A stretch of 64,000 nt of DNA from the human T2T-CHM13v2.0 reference genome, Homo sapiens. The notes under the pieces were generated by a model, which was not told the origin of the DNA, did not search any database, and saw only the letters and a program-made list of their open reading frames with translations. The DNA lies in NCBI RefSeq assembly GCF_009914755.1, contig NC_060942.1; one strand, written 5' to 3'. Of this stretch, positions 63,040 to 64,000 are shown piece after piece. The position numbers were made by a program, and so were the translations under genes. Position 1 is the first letter of the stretch; each line of letters begins with the position of its first letter.

Positions 63040-63150
63040 CCCTCCCCCGCCAGATATCATAGCATTTATTAAGAGGGTCCTGTGAGGTAGGAGAGTATTA
63101 GCCCCATTTTACGGATGAACACACTGAGGCTCAAAAATGTGGCTTGCATA
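63040..63150 (-). mobile_element. MIR fragment
   Basis: cctgtgaggtagg...tattagccccattttacggatgaacacactgaggctca. Confidence 0.75.
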
Positions 63151-64000
63151 AGGCCTCTGGGTGGGGGAAGGGCCACATTCCCCCTTTTCTCAGCTTATGG
63201 CATTTAATTAATAGTGGCCACTTTTTTTCTGAGTATGGATTCTTGACACCTCAGGAAATACTGAAGCTAAAAAATAGAGTATATTATGCTGACACATATT
63301 CTTTCTCAAAACACTCTTGATTTGTTAACCATTCCTAATGAGAGCAGCCACTAAAGAACGGAAGTCTGCATTGCTGTTATTACCACGCATTTAATAATTT
63401 GCTGTTGGTGAATGGATAGCAGCTGTGATACATCCAGTTTCTACCAGAATCATATGTGCATATAATAAATGTATATGGTATGCCTGTTCATGTAACACTT
63501 ACCTGTGTTTGTATGGCTGTGTTCATTGAGTCTTTATTGAATTCAAGGAGCAAAGAACTTATACATGCCTGCATGGATTTCTCAGAATTCATGCATGTGA
63601 AGGCTGTCAGACAGCCTGGAGGGTTATTAAGTTTAGCCAACTAATCAATTAATTAACCATTCACTCAATATGTACTGGGCACCTACATGTTTGTGTATCT
63701 AGAAGTGCATACAAAGAAAACTTAACAAATGTTAATTAAGTCCAGCAAATGTTTATGAAGCACCAGCCTCACTTAGGCCAGATACTCTGCTTCTCTACAA
63801 AGATAGTAGAGCAGAGATAGTTAAGTTGCAATGCAATAACACAGCCTACAGGAGGGAACAAATCATAAATATTTTAGAGCAGTCACCCTGGAACTTAGTT
63901 TCACATATGTTGGTTTCAAGGGGCCCAAGATGCCAGTTCTTATTCTAGAGCAAATGCAGAAGGAAGCGATGGGGAAAAAACACCTTGATAGCCTTGTTAC

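Overview
Primate, human-like genomic DNA. It is mostly intergenic and repeat-derived, and I see no intact protein-coding exon. The window opens in the 3' end of a processed pseudogene of POLR3G (last codons DDNMDEATY*, 3' UTR, ATTAAA and a genomic poly-A) inserted into an old L1. About 58 kb of LINE, SINE, LTR and DNA-transposon relics follow. It ends in a large CpG island whose non-coding first exon I recognise from memory as CTIF (human 18q21.1; no database check). The ORF-track entries are L1 or Alu fragments, tandem-repeat frames or GC-rich chance ORFs. The most unusual structure is inside a near-full-length L1PB-type element (26219-34080). Part of its ORF2 3' end is replaced by a ~2.1 kb palindromic AT-rich minisatellite, a 352-bp near-identical copy of DNA from 2310 bp downstream, and two short out-of-order ORF2 fragments, all joined at microhomologies, which looks like a multi-step template-switching repair scar. 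Other leads are a target site present three times (L1 plus Alu), a MER1A copied locally together with its flank, and a strong 47-bp candidate exon with an ATG 2 kb upstream of the CpG island. I see no convincing evidence for a new gene system. Repeat subfamily names and boundaries are by eye.
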